Notes: generated from the sequence alone by a model not told the origin. A stretch of DNA of 45,916 bases from an uncultured Gammaproteobacteria bacterium (GCA_964443315.1 CAYUCP010000003.1:1-45916), one strand, 5' to 3'. Numbered from the stretch's first letter, positions 1-8,169 are shown. Program-made: numbers and translations.

Positions 1-55
1 CTGCGCCAATGCCGCGCGGTAAACGGCAACGAGTTTTACCCCCTCGCGTTCGGCT
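1..55. repeat. 55-bp terminal direct repeat, copy 1 (circular assembly overlap / genome closure)
   Basis: Bases 1-55 are identical to bases 45862-45916; a minus-strand ORF reads in frame through the junction. Confidence 0.9.
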
Positions 56-342
56 ATCTCCGAGCACGCCTTGTGCATCTCGATAGAAACACTCGTCTGA
101 ACACTGGAGATATTGGCTTGCACTTGATCCCATTCTCGGAGGACGCCTGCGTCAATTCCAGAATCGAGGTAGGCGGGAATGGCCTGCCTCAGAATAAAGG
201 CCATATCAACGCCTGCTTTTCTGGATGCCTTTTTGTAGTAGTCAAGCAGGCTGCTTGGCATACTGATGTATGCCGGGATGCGATAGGTTGGGCTTGGCTT
301 TTGGCTGATAAGCCGGGTTACAACGCCATTAAAGTCTTTCAT
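1..342 (-). CDS. Tandem ribbon-helix-helix (RHH) DNA-binding regulator, N-terminal 114 codons; continues across the circular junction to 45823
   Basis: ATG at 342..340. Translation MKDFNGVVTRLISQKPSPTYRIPAYISMPSSLLDYYKKASRKAGVDMAFILRQAIPAYL...VSIEMHKACSEIAEREGVKLVAVYRAALAQ shows two strand-helix-helix units. Total is 381 nt once joined to 45823..45861. Missing from the ORF track because it is cut by the window edge. Confidence 0.6.
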   Translation of the reverse strand, partial: MKDFNGVVTRLISQKPSPTYRIPAYISMPSSLLDYYKKASRKAGVDMAFILRQAIPAYLDSGIDAGVLREWDQVQANISSVQTSVSIEMHKACSEIAEREGVKLVAVYRAALAQ

Positions 343-395
343 TTCTTTACTTAATCAAGAATAACATGATTATAGTCATCTTGTCAAGTGGTATA
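343..395 (-). promoter_or_regulatory. Promoter/operator region for the RHH gene
   Basis: Minus strand reads acTTGACAagatgactataatcatgttattcttgattaagtaaagaaATG. The 16-mer cttgacaagatgacta (373..388) also occurs at 1068..1083 (+), and ttaatcaagaa (351..361) also occurs at 1047..1057. Confidence 0.45.
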
Positions 396-432
396 GAAAA
401 ACAAAAAACCGGCGGTAATGTCCGCCGGTTTG
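396..432 (-). terminator. Rho-independent terminator after the sunset-domain gene
   Basis: Stem aaccggcgg/ccgccggtt (407..415, 422..430) with a 6-nt loop, followed on the minus strand by a T-run (ttttttgttttt). Confidence 0.7.
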
Positions 433-459
433 TAAACTACTTCAAAATTTTTTAATTCT

Positions 460-1007
460 CTATCTTTGCGCCCGCCTAAACCCCGCGTTTCGTGCCTCGG
501 CTTCACTCTTAAAACATGCCACATTCGAGAACGTGTAGGCGTAATCACGCATCCCCGGCGCGTGATAAATTCCGCTGTTGCGGTTGCCCTTCACCTCATT
601 TTGCTGGCACGGCCACCACGCCGGGTCAACCCGCCGCCGCGAGGCCGTCTCCTGCGTGAACACTGGCGCGGCTGGGGCCGGGATGGCGGTCGCGGTTGGC
701 GCGGGCTTTGGCGTAGCGGTGTAGAGCGCCGTGGCCGGTGGGCGGGGCGTCTCGGTTGGCTTTGCGGTCGCCGTTGGCGGGATGGCCGTTGCAGTTGGGA
801 AGAGCGTGTTGGTCGGGTAGGCAACCAGCGTTTTGACAGCGGCGGTGTTGGTATTGCTACTTCGTATCCGATACCCTGGTGACCACTCTCAATATGCGAA
901 AATTTTGAAGAGTTAAATCCGCCCTTGTTCGCAAGCCATTCCCTAGTGCGCTCACGACCAGCTAACTCAAGGTCAATCCAAGCTAGCCACTCACGCGCAT
1001 TAGCCAC
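460..1007 (-). pseudogene. Sunset-domain protein with Pro/Thr-rich linker, apparently frameshifted
   Basis: The ORF from 1007 (GTG) gives MANAREWLAWIDLELAGRERTREWLANKGG..., then degenerates into an R/P/Q-rich string. The -1 frame reads a natural linker (TATAIPPTATAKPTETPRPPATALYTATPKPAPTATAIPAPAAP) running into VDPAWWPCQQNEVKGNRNSGIYHAPGMRDYAYTFSNVACFKSEAEARNAGFRRAQR, which ends at 460. Confidence 0.5.
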
Positions 1008-1068
1008 ATTTTTTTGCCCGCCATGTTAATAATGATAATCCTGTTTTTAATCAAGAAAAAACTGATAC

Positions 1069-1096
1069 TTGACAAGATGACTAGAATCAATATAAT
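1069..1096 (+). promoter_or_regulatory. Sigma70-type promoter of the rightward early operon
   Basis: TTGACA (1069..1074), 16-nt spacer, TATAAT (1091..1096). SD aaggag at 1127..1132 precedes the ATG at 1138. Confidence 0.7.
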
Positions 1097-1137
1097 CTTT
1101 ACTAAGTCAAGAAAACACAAGTTTCAAAGGAGACCAA

Positions 1138-1494
1138 ATGAGCAACATCGGACTAGCACACGCATTCGCCCACTTAAAGCGAATGCCCATCAATTGCCAT
1201 GTGGAGGGCACAGTGACAGACGAAAAAACAAAGCTGGCCGCGGAGGTCGCCCAGGTGCAGGCCGCCCTCGCCAAATCTTGCACCCCCTGGGTGGTGTTTG
1301 AAGCGCAGGACAACGAGCGATACCTCGTTCAAGTAAACGGCGTCAACTGCATGGTCACCCACGCCAGCCGCGCCCACGCCCTCGCGCTGGCAAACTACGC
1401 CGTCCTCGCGCCCACATCCCACAACGAGCGCAATTTCTGGTTTGTCGGCCCGCAGGCCGCCCGCGCCGCGCTCCAACAGGCGGTGCAATCGTGA
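1138..1494 (+). CDS. Hypothetical early protein
   Basis: ATG with aaggag SD; stop overlaps the next start (GTGA). Confidence 0.7.
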   Translation: MSNIGLAHAFAHLKRMPINCHVEGTVTDEKTKLAAEVAQVQAALAKSCTPWVVFEAQDNERYLVQVNGVNCMVTHASRAHALALANYAVLAPTSHNERNFWFVGPQAARAALQQAVQS

Positions 1495-1895
1495 CCGCCG
1501 TCCAGCCAGTCCAAAACTGGTTCTACACAAATGAGCCGGCGCGCATGCCTGGCGAGGCAGACCGCCACGCCTACCATCTCATTCCTGGGCGCGATCCTCG
1601 CCCCGGCAATTTTGAGGACGAGCTGGTGAACGACTTCCTCGTATTCACAAACCAACCAGAGTGGGTTGGTGACGATGTGGAAGGCAATTTGCGCATCGCC
1701 CTGCGCCGCGCGGCAGATGCCGCCGTGCGCACCACGCTGGACGCGGAGAAGCCCGCCAGTGTGGTCTACGAGACCGCCGAGGAGCGCGAGGTAAGGAAGA
1801 CCGACCCGTCCACACTGATTGACGTATTGCTTGCGCAAACGCTCCAAATTGGGCGCATCGCAGACGCGCTTGAGGCAAAGGCGGCGCGTCCATGA
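1491..1895 (+). CDS. Hypothetical protein
   Basis: GTG start coupled to the upstream stop; ends in an ATGA overlap with the next gene. Confidence 0.6.
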   Translation: MTAVQPVQNWFYTNEPARMPGEADRHAYHLIPGRDPRPGNFEDELVNDFLVFTNQPEWVGDDVEGNLRIALRRAADAAVRTTLDAEKPASVVYETAEEREVRKTDPSTLIDVLLAQTLQIGRIADALEAKAARP

Positions 1896-2176
1896 CCCAG
1901 CCCACAATCCAATTCTCCTGCGTTCAATCCGCATACGAAATTCGCCACGCCTGCTTGCGCCGAGACTGGAACAAGCTCAAAACCGAGATGGACTGGGTAA
2001 GGCAGAACGGCGCAACCGTAACCGCCCAGCAAGATTCCAACAGCATCCTCATCATCATCAAACGCGCCAATTCCGATGGGGTGGACTACATCAATGACCT
2101 GCATTCCCGCGATGTAACCCAAATAGTCGAATCCCTGCGTGAGTGCGGCGCAACCATAGAGGAGAAATCAGAATGA
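1892..2176 (+). CDS. Hypothetical protein
   Basis: ATGA coupling at both ends. Confidence 0.6.
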   Translation: MTQPTIQFSCVQSAYEIRHACLRRDWNKLKTEMDWVRQNGATVTAQQDSNSILIIIKRANSDGVDYINDLHSRDVTQIVESLRECGATIEEKSE

Positions 2177-2412
2177 GCAACGGCACAAACATATCCCGCA
2201 TCGCCCGCGCTGGTTCGCTACAAACGCCCAGCATCGTGCGCCGCAACCCAAAACTCGCCCGCGAGATTCGCGCCCGCCGGTTTGCCGCGCCCACCCGCAA
2301 CCGGTGGAGTGGGGCGCTCTGGGCAGCCAACGATACGCTGAAAACCATCTTTGCCATCATCGGCGCCATCGTGGTGCTGGTGATAGGGCTGGTTTTCTTC
2401 GGAGGGTTTTAA
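2173..2412 (+). CDS. Small membrane protein (C-terminal TM helix)
   Basis: ATG at 2173 preceded by ggaga; C-terminus TIFAIIGAIVVLVIGLVFFGGF. Confidence 0.6.
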   Translation: MSNGTNISRIARAGSLQTPSIVRRNPKLAREIRARRFAAPTRNRWSGALWAANDTLKTIFAIIGAIVVLVIGLVFFGGF

Positions 2413-2672
2413 TGGCACCCGCAACCGCAAACCGCGTCATCGCCGCGTCACCGGCGATGGAAATCCGCGTTCCAGAGATTTTCGACATCGAAGCCGCAGA
2501 AGCGCGTGACGCGCTCCGCCTGGCGCGCGGCGTGGCGGCGCATCAATTCGCCCTGTATGCCTTCGTGCTGAAACTTAGCAACGCGGGCAACCCAGAGGCG
2601 CGGCGGCTGGTTGCCCTGTGCAACACCGAGCCGATGCCGCAAGAAATTTATCCAGACATTCCGTTTATTTAG
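2412..2672 (+). CDS. Hypothetical protein
   Basis: TAATG overlap with the upstream stop; 86 aa. Confidence 0.55.
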   Translation: MAPATANRVIAASPAMEIRVPEIFDIEAAEARDALRLARGVAAHQFALYAFVLKLSNAGNPEARRLVALCNTEPMPQEIYPDIPFI

Positions 2673-2681
2673 GAGCAAATC

Positions 2682-3758
2682 ATGGGAGTGCAACCAGCAC
2701 AACAAACTCAGACGATTACGCCATCAACCAGTATCTACATGCCCGCCATGACCATCGTTGAGGCGATGGCGCGGCGCAAGTACTTGGTGGAATTTACCAA
2801 AACGCAGGGGCTTTTTGAGGAAGGCACGCACTTCGGAAAAATCCCCGGCACGGACAAGCCGACCCTGCTAAAGCCTGGCGCAGAAATGCTGCTCACCTTT
2901 TTTGGTCTGAACGCAAAGCCCGAATTGGTGGAAAGCGTGCTGGACTGGACAGGTAAGTCCACTAGTGGAGAGCCGTTCTTTTCGTTCAGTTACCGCTACA
3001 ACATTTATCGCGGCGAACAGCTTATTGCCAGCGCCGATGGCTCATGCAACAGCATGGAAAGCAAGTATCGTTACCGCTGGGTTGGCATACACGATGTGCC
3101 ACCCGGCATGGATACGACCAACCTAAAAAAGAACGAAGGCTCAGTCATCGAGTTCGGATTCTCGATTGACAAGGCGGAATCCACTGGGAAGTATGGCAAA
3201 CCCGCCGCGTATTGGGAAATGTGGCGCGAAGCCATTCGCACTGGCAAGGCAACGAAAACTAAAAAGAAAACACAGGCGGGCAAAGAGTTTGATGCGTGGC
3301 AAATGACGAGCGTGGTGGTTCGTGTTCCAAACCCAGACATCGCCGACCAGGTGAATACGATCATGCAGATGGCGCAGAAACGCGCCCTTGTCGCCGCCAC
3401 GCGCATCGCCGTAAACGCCTCGGAGTTTTTTACGCAGGACTTGGAAGATTTTGCCAACGGCGAGATTATCGAGGGGTCGTTCAAGGATGCGACGCCGCCA
3501 GAGCCCCCGTCCGGTTTTGGTGATTACGGTCATCAAGCGGCTGCACAAAAACCACAAAACGGTAAAACTCAAACCGAACTGCAAATCGCGGTCAGTGCAT
3601 GGCAGGACGCAAAAGCCCGCGCATTAAAAATCGGCGGGCTGGATGAAACCATCAGCAAATTCAAGCCAGCGTCAGACTGCAAAGACCCGCAAATCATTAG
3701 CAACGCCGCCGCCGCACTTCAAGCCGCGTGCGATGCAATCTCGCCGCCCGTCAACTAA
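2682..3758 (+). CDS. Putative single-strand annealing / recombination protein (RecT/ERF-like, weak call)
   Basis: 358 aa with aggag SD. Motifs GKIPGTDKPTLLKPGAEMLLTFFGL and QVNTIMQMAQKRALVAATRIA recall phage SSAPs, and a Gam-like gene lies nearby. No search was done. Confidence 0.35.
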   Translation: MGVQPAQQTQTITPSTSIYMPAMTIVEAMARRKYLVEFTKTQGLFEEGTHFGKIPGTDKPTLLKPGAEMLLTFFGLNAKPELVESVLDWTGKSTSGEPFFSFSYRYNIYRGEQLIASADGSCNSMESKYRYRWVGIHDVPPGMDTTNLKKNEGSVIEFGFSIDKAESTGKYGKPAAYWEMWREAIRTGKATKTKKKTQAGKEFDAWQMTSVVVRVPNPDIADQVNTIMQMAQKRALVAATRIAVNASEFFTQDLEDFANGEIIEGSFKDATPPEPPSGFGDYGHQAAAQKPQNGKTQTELQIAVSAWQDAKARALKIGGLDETISKFKPASDCKDPQIISNAAAALQAACDAISPPVN

Positions 3759-3813
3759 CCCAATCACCCAGCAAGCCCCGCCAGAGCGCGCGGCGGGGCA
3801 AAGGAACATACAA

Positions 3814-4371
3814 ATGATTTGCTTTATCTACTCACAAGAAATGACGAATGCATTCCGGCCCACGCCCTGGCATTTGTCAAACGACCCATTCCCCGCCCTG
3901 CGTGGCAATAGTCACACCTATTCCGCGTTTCATGCTGTTTCACAGTCATACGCACCCCGCTGGCACAACGATGTGATGCCAACAGAGGACGGATGCGCCT
4001 GCCCGCGCATCGCGCTCGACGGGAGTTTTACAAAAATCATCACCACCGCCAAGGGCGCCAGCCTGCTCGTTCCCTGCGATGAAAACGAAGACGAAATGTT
4101 GATCTTCGCCAGCCTTCGCGGCGGTTTTCGCGGCAACTACAGTCGCATTGAAGCCGTTGGCGCAGAAATGCTTTTCCAGCGTCAGGGCGAAAAACACTGT
4201 GTGCCCACCGCGCACATCATCGCTCGCCTCAACCGCCCCGCAGGTTACCTCTTTGCCGAAACCGGGCGGCGGTGCGGAACTGGCATTGTGGAAGTCTTTC
4301 AGTGGAACTACTACAAAACCATGCCCACCGAAGAATTTGAGGCATGGCGCGAACATCAACCAGCCAACTAG
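3814..4371 (+). CDS. Hypothetical protein
   Basis: ATG at 3814 preceded by aaaggaaca directly after a GC hairpin; the longer track ORF (3643) starts inside the previous gene. Confidence 0.55.
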   Translation: MICFIYSQEMTNAFRPTPWHLSNDPFPALRGNSHTYSAFHAVSQSYAPRWHNDVMPTEDGCACPRIALDGSFTKIITTAKGASLLVPCDENEDEMLIFASLRGGFRGNYSRIEAVGAEMLFQRQGEKHCVPTAHIIARLNRPAGYLFAETGRRCGTGIVEVFQWNYYKTMPTEEFEAWREHQPAN

Positions 4372-4438
4372 CCGGATTCACTCCTCCTCATTTGCTTGCC
4401 CCGCCATGCGCATCCGGCGGGGCAAAGGAACAACAACG

Positions 4439-4729
4439 ATGAAGATTCAAATAAAAACAATTCTGGCCCACGAGCCGACCACCGTGGAGTTGGCGGATGT
4501 TGGCGCGTGCTACCCGGATGATGATGTAATTTATTTCAACAACTCTCCGTTCTTGCTTCATTCCGCAAGCCCTGTTATTGAAGCGACAGACGAGCAAATA
4601 AACGAGCTAATCGCATCATTATTTGACGGTTTCTACCCGTGGTCGGAGGACGAGCTTGTCTCAATGCGCCCTCTTGTCCGCAACTGGCTCGCCGCGCTCA
4701 ACCAGCCCGCGAACGCAGAGGTGAAGTAA
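4439..4729 (+). CDS. Hypothetical protein
   Basis: ATG at 4439 preceded by the same hairpin plus aaaggaaca element. Confidence 0.6.
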   Translation: MKIQIKTILAHEPTTVELADVGACYPDDDVIYFNNSPFLLHSASPVIEATDEQINELIASLFDGFYPWSEDELVSMRPLVRNWLAALNQPANAEVK

Positions 4730-4732
4730 ACC

Positions 4733-5104
4733 ATGTTAGATATAACCAAACTTTTAGACCAATACGGCGACCTCACTGCGCACTACGATGCTATTCGCAT
4801 TGGCGCAGAGGTCAAACGCGCCGAGATTATGCGCCCAGTCCAAGACGATCTGGACGCGCTGGAAGCCGAGACCACGCCGGCGCTCGCCGAGATTCAGAAT
4901 GCCATCAATGATATTTCCGCGGAGATAAAAGCCGCCGTTGCCAGCGGCGGTCAGAGCGTGAAAGGCGGGCGGTTTCAAGCCGTCTATACAAAGGGTCGCG
5001 TGTCGTGGGACACAAAAGCCCTGGATGGCTACGCCGCCGCGCATCCAGAAATCCAGCAATTCAAGAAAGTTGGCGAGCCGAGCGTGAGCATCCGCGCCAA
5101 TTGA
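4733..5104 (+). CDS. Coiled-coil protein, possibly Mu Gam-like DNA-end-binding protein
   Basis: N-terminal coiled coil followed by GRVSWDTKAL...EPSVSIR, which resembles the Mu Gam GDVSWRVRPPSVSIRG segment. Confidence 0.35.
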   Translation: MLDITKLLDQYGDLTAHYDAIRIGAEVKRAEIMRPVQDDLDALEAETTPALAEIQNAINDISAEIKAAVASGGQSVKGGRFQAVYTKGRVSWDTKALDGYAAAHPEIQQFKKVGEPSVSIRAN

Positions 5105-5114
5105 GCAATAAATC

Positions 5115-5252
5115 ATGGACGAAACAACACTCAGCTTTGCCGCGATTGTGTTTGCGGTCATCGTGACCCGCGCGGCCATCCGCCAGTTTCGTATCGCCGA
5201 CCAACAACTAATTGACCTCTGCTGTCCAATGGCCTGCGCGACTAAACCATGA
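5115..5252 (+). CDS. Small hydrophobic protein (45 aa)
   Basis: MDETTLSFAAIVFAVIVTRAAIRQF...; ATGA overlap with the next gene; below the track's length cut-off. Confidence 0.4.
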   Translation: MDETTLSFAAIVFAVIVTRAAIRQFRIADQQLIDLCCPMACATKP

Positions 5253-5725
5253 GAATCCAATCACCACCATCCCCGGCGCAGCCCAACCCATTTGCGGCGT
5301 TGCCGTTGTTCAACCTGCCGCCCATAGACTTGCCAAAAGACGCCCGCGGCCAGACCCGCTACGAGCGGTTTGCAGCATTCAACGCGGCCAACCCGCATGT
5401 GTATGAAACCCTGCGCGAGATGGCGCTGGCCGCCAAGCGCGCCGGGCGCCAGCGGGGTGGGGTAAAGGCGATGTTGGAAGCATTGCGCTGGTCGTCCATC
5501 ACCACGCGCGGCGAGGATTGGAAGATCAACAACGACTTCGCGCCGTTTTATTCGCGCCTGCTCAAAAAGAACAACCCGGAACTGGTTGACTTCTTCGCAG
5601 ACCGCGAGAGCGAGGCAGATAACGAACCCTCGCTCAAAATCGTAGCTCACAGCCCGCAGGAGCAGGCTGGTGTGAGCGCGGCCCCCAGCCGCGCGGCCCT
5701 TCCCCAAGGGCATTCCTCCTTTTGA
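5249..5725 (+). CDS. Hypothetical conserved phage protein
   Basis: 158 aa, coupled to the upstream ORF, followed by a GC hairpin. Confidence 0.6.
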   Translation: MRIQSPPSPAQPNPFAALPLFNLPPIDLPKDARGQTRYERFAAFNAANPHVYETLREMALAAKRAGRQRGGVKAMLEALRWSSITTRGEDWKINNDFAPFYSRLLKKNNPELVDFFADRESEADNEPSLKIVAHSPQEQAGVSAAPSRAALPQGHSSF

Positions 5726-5739
5726 ACAACTCGGCAATG

Positions 5740-5765
5740 TCCCCGGCGTGCTCCTGCGCCGGGGA
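5740..5765 (+). other. Intercistronic GC-rich stem-loop
   Basis: tccccggcg (5740..5748) pairs with cgccgggga (5757..5765). Confidence 0.6.
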
Positions 5766-5785
5766 CGACTTAAAGAACAAATAAA

Positions 5786-6661
5786 ATGGTAACCAATAAC
5801 ATTAGTCGCCCGGCATTGCGCTGGTTCGGCGGCAAGTGGAAACTGGCCGACTGGATCATCTCGCACTTTCCCGAGCATACTTGCTATTGTGAGCCATACT
5901 CTGGCGCAGCCAGCGTCCTCATCCGTAAGCCGCCCGCTTTTGTGGAGGTTTACAACGACCTCAACGGCATGGCGGTCAACTTTTTCAGAGTTTTGCGCGA
6001 GCGCCCGGATGACCTCATTCGCGCAATTACGCTTACACCATACAGCCGCGCCGAGTATCTGCAAGCGCAAAAGCCGGGTGCGGATGAGGACCCGCTGGAA
6101 AGCGCCCGCCGTTTTGCGGTCTGGTGCTGGCAGGGCAGGGGACGGGGCGGGGTGGTAGAGCTGGGTGGCTGGCGTTTTATGCGAACAGATAGTCGTGGGC
6201 AAACTCCATGCGATGACTGGAACAACATGGCGCACCTTTACGAGATAGCCGCGCGGTTTAAGCGGGCGCAAATTGAATCCGGCGACGCGCTGGACTGCAT
6301 TCGCCGCTATGACACACCAGAAACACTGTTCTATGTGGACCCGCCTTACGTGCGATCCACTCGTTCAGGGCGGTGGGCATCCACCACATATGTTCACGAG
6401 ATGGATGACGCGGCGCATCGTGCGCTTGCCACCACTCTTCTGCAGGCGAAGGGGATGGTCATCCTCAGCGGCTACCCCAGCGACCTTTACGATGAACTTT
6501 ACGCCGGCTGGCATCGTGTAGAAACCACTGCCCGCACCGACGCGCTTGCCTCCAATCGTGAGCGCACAGAAGTGCTCTGGATTTCACCCAACACAGTGAA
6601 GTCCAAAGCCGCGCATTGCTATACGCCCGCGTTCAAATTCGAGAGCGAGGTGGACGCATAA
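5786..6661 (+). CDS. dam: DNA N6-adenine methyltransferase, D12/Dam class
   Basis: N-terminal RWFGGKWKLADWI, EPYSGAASV (AdoMet site) and FYVDPPYV (DPPY catalytic motif). Confidence 0.85.
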   Translation: MVTNNISRPALRWFGGKWKLADWIISHFPEHTCYCEPYSGAASVLIRKPPAFVEVYNDLNGMAVNFFRVLRERPDDLIRAITLTPYSRAEYLQAQKPGADEDPLESARRFAVWCWQGRGRGGVVELGGWRFMRTDSRGQTPCDDWNNMAHLYEIAARFKRAQIESGDALDCIRRYDTPETLFYVDPPYVRSTRSGRWASTTYVHEMDDAAHRALATTLLQAKGMVILSGYPSDLYDELYAGWHRVETTARTDALASNRERTEVLWISPNTVKSKAAHCYTPAFKFESEVDA

Positions 6662-6693
6662 GCCTTCGCCTCATCTTATGAGGTATTAAACCC

Positions 6694-6942
6694 ATGAACC
6701 CAGTTTTACAACAAATGCACCTGCACCACCAGAACGGCCAGCCCGTGGCGCTCATGCGCTACGCAAACGGCACGGCGTTCCTCGCAGATCGTCGTGGCTG
6801 CATCGTCAGCCCGCGCACACCGCGCGGCCTGAATCGCAAGCACGTAGATGCCGCGCTCGCCAGCGGCGAATTAACCGAGTGTTCAACGCCATTGGCGCAA
6901 TCCTTGCGCGAGCGCGGGGTGGGGACGTGGAGGGTGATGTGA
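6694..6942 (+). CDS. Hypothetical protein
   Basis: 82-aa ORF in the operon. Confidence 0.55.
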   Translation: MNPVLQQMHLHHQNGQPVALMRYANGTAFLADRRGCIVSPRTPRGLNRKHVDAALASGELTECSTPLAQSLRERGVGTWRVM

Positions 6943-7217
6943 AATCCAAAAGACGCAAAACCGGCCGCGGATTCGTAAAAATAGAACTTGACGAGGCTTA
7001 TGGGGAGCGGTGTTCTCTTCAAGAAAGCTCATCCGTCGTCCCGCATGTGTGGCTTGGGCTTGAAAAGGCAAAGCTAAAACATCTCAGTGGGAATGGATGG
7101 GTAGAGTATTCAGTCCCGCCGTATGTTCTAATTAACATGCGAATGTGCCTAAATAGGCGGCAAGTAAAACAACTCATCAAGCGATTGCAAAAATTTGTTG
7201 ATACGGGGAGGCTTTAG
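6939..7217 (+). CDS. Hypothetical basic protein
   Basis: GTG at 6939 overlaps the upstream TGA (GTGA); lower GC than its neighbours. Confidence 0.5.
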   Translation: MKSKRRKTGRGFVKIELDEAYGERCSLQESSSVVPHVWLGLEKAKLKHLSGNGWVEYSVPPYVLINMRMCLNRRQVKQLIKRLQKFVDTGRL

Positions 7218-7445
7218 ATGACCAACTCAATTCAATTCATTCTCGCGCAAGAACGCGCCCGCATTCGCGCGGCATTGGCCGAACGTCTCATCGGGGCAAT
7301 TCCAGAGCCAGAGCATAGCGCAGACTTGTTGTGTTGGTGCATGAAGCGCGTCCGGGGCGTGGACGGCACAGACACCGACATCGTGGTGCACGGCACGATA
7401 GACGAGTTTGTTAAAGCTGCGCTGGATGATGTGCTGGGGATATGA
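7218..7445 (+). CDS. Hypothetical protein
   Basis: ATG directly after the upstream stop; ATGA overlap downstream. Confidence 0.55.
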   Translation: MTNSIQFILAQERARIRAALAERLIGAIPEPEHSADLLCWCMKRVRGVDGTDTDIVVHGTIDEFVKAALDDVLGI

Positions 7446-7627
7446 AAACAATCCATAAAGGACAACCGTTCTGTGACACTACAATCGCAAGCGAACTTTT
7501 CGCGGCTCCAGTAATATGCCTACCCATAGACAAGGCATGGCTAAGGGCATTCGCACGAGAGCTTCTTGATGGCGCCCGCGCTTCATTTAACGATGGACAG
7601 AACACTACCTCCGCTTCGCCTAAATAG
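7442..7627 (+). CDS. Hypothetical protein
   Basis: 61-aa ORF coupled to the upstream gene. Confidence 0.45.
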   Translation: MKTIHKGQPFCDTTIASELFAAPVICLPIDKAWLRAFARELLDGARASFNDGQNTTSASPK

Positions 7628-7850
7628 CATTCCGCAGTCAGAATGGAGCGCCATCACGTATGGACGCCGCTCGTTTGTGCGTGGCACGGTGGATATGGTG
7701 GGCGTAGAGAAGCAGGTCGCCTACGGAAACGAGAAAGCCATCCAGAAGGGTGTAAGCCCGGATCGCATCTTTGTTTTCAGAGATGACAAAGGCCATCGCC
7801 CTGCGCGATTAACGCCCGCAAGGTCAACGGCGGCGGGGCTAAAATTATAA
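7566..7850 (+). CDS. Hypothetical protein (start uncertain, possibly 7593)
   Basis: ORF overlaps the previous one by 35-62 nt depending on the start chosen. Confidence 0.4.
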   Translation: MMAPALHLTMDRTLPPLRLNSIPQSEWSAITYGRRSFVRGTVDMVGVEKQVAYGNEKAIQKGVSPDRIFVFRDDKGHRPARLTPARSTAAGLKL

Positions 7851-7852
7851 AA

Positions 7853-8095
7853 ATGAAACCAAAATCCGCAGTTACGGTTGGAGAACTACGAAAACAAGGG
7901 AACACAGTTTTGCGCCTCATTGAAGTCAAACGAGGAATTGCCGAGGTCGCGTTCGATTCCGCTACCCTGACAAAGATCATTCCCTTGCCCTGGTATGTCA
8001 CTGCGCTCAATGAACAGGGAGAACGGTCGTCTATTTCGCTGGAGGATTGGAAAAAACTACCCGCGATACAAATCTCCAATCCTCCAGCGACGTAG
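7853..8095 (+). CDS. Hypothetical protein, last gene of the rightward operon
   Basis: 80-aa ORF. Confidence 0.55.
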   Translation: MKPKSAVTVGELRKQGNTVLRLIEVKRGIAEVAFDSATLTKIIPLPWYVTALNEQGERSSISLEDWKKLPAIQISNPPAT

Positions 8096-8155
8096 CAATT
8101 CTTAATTGTCTTACGCGGCCGATGTGTAGCGGCGGCGGGGCGGTTTTTTGGGGTT

Positions 8156-8169
8156 TGCCAGTACTGGCA
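8156..8169. repeat. 14-bp perfect palindrome TGCCAGTACTGGCA, copy 1
   Basis: Read directly; lies in the convergent intergenic region. Confidence 0.95.

Noticed and set aside
466-882. 138-aa plus-strand Arg/Gly/Trp-rich ORF
   Set aside because: It is the mirror image of the Pro/Thr-linker coding sequence on the minus strand, so it is a compositional artefact.
5261-6271. 336-aa minus-strand ORF opposite the 158-aa gene and the Dam methyltransferase
   Set aside because: It is a shadow ORF of a GC-rich coding region. Its product is Arg/Pro/Ala-rich with no motifs, while the plus strand carries clear DPPY methyltransferase motifs.
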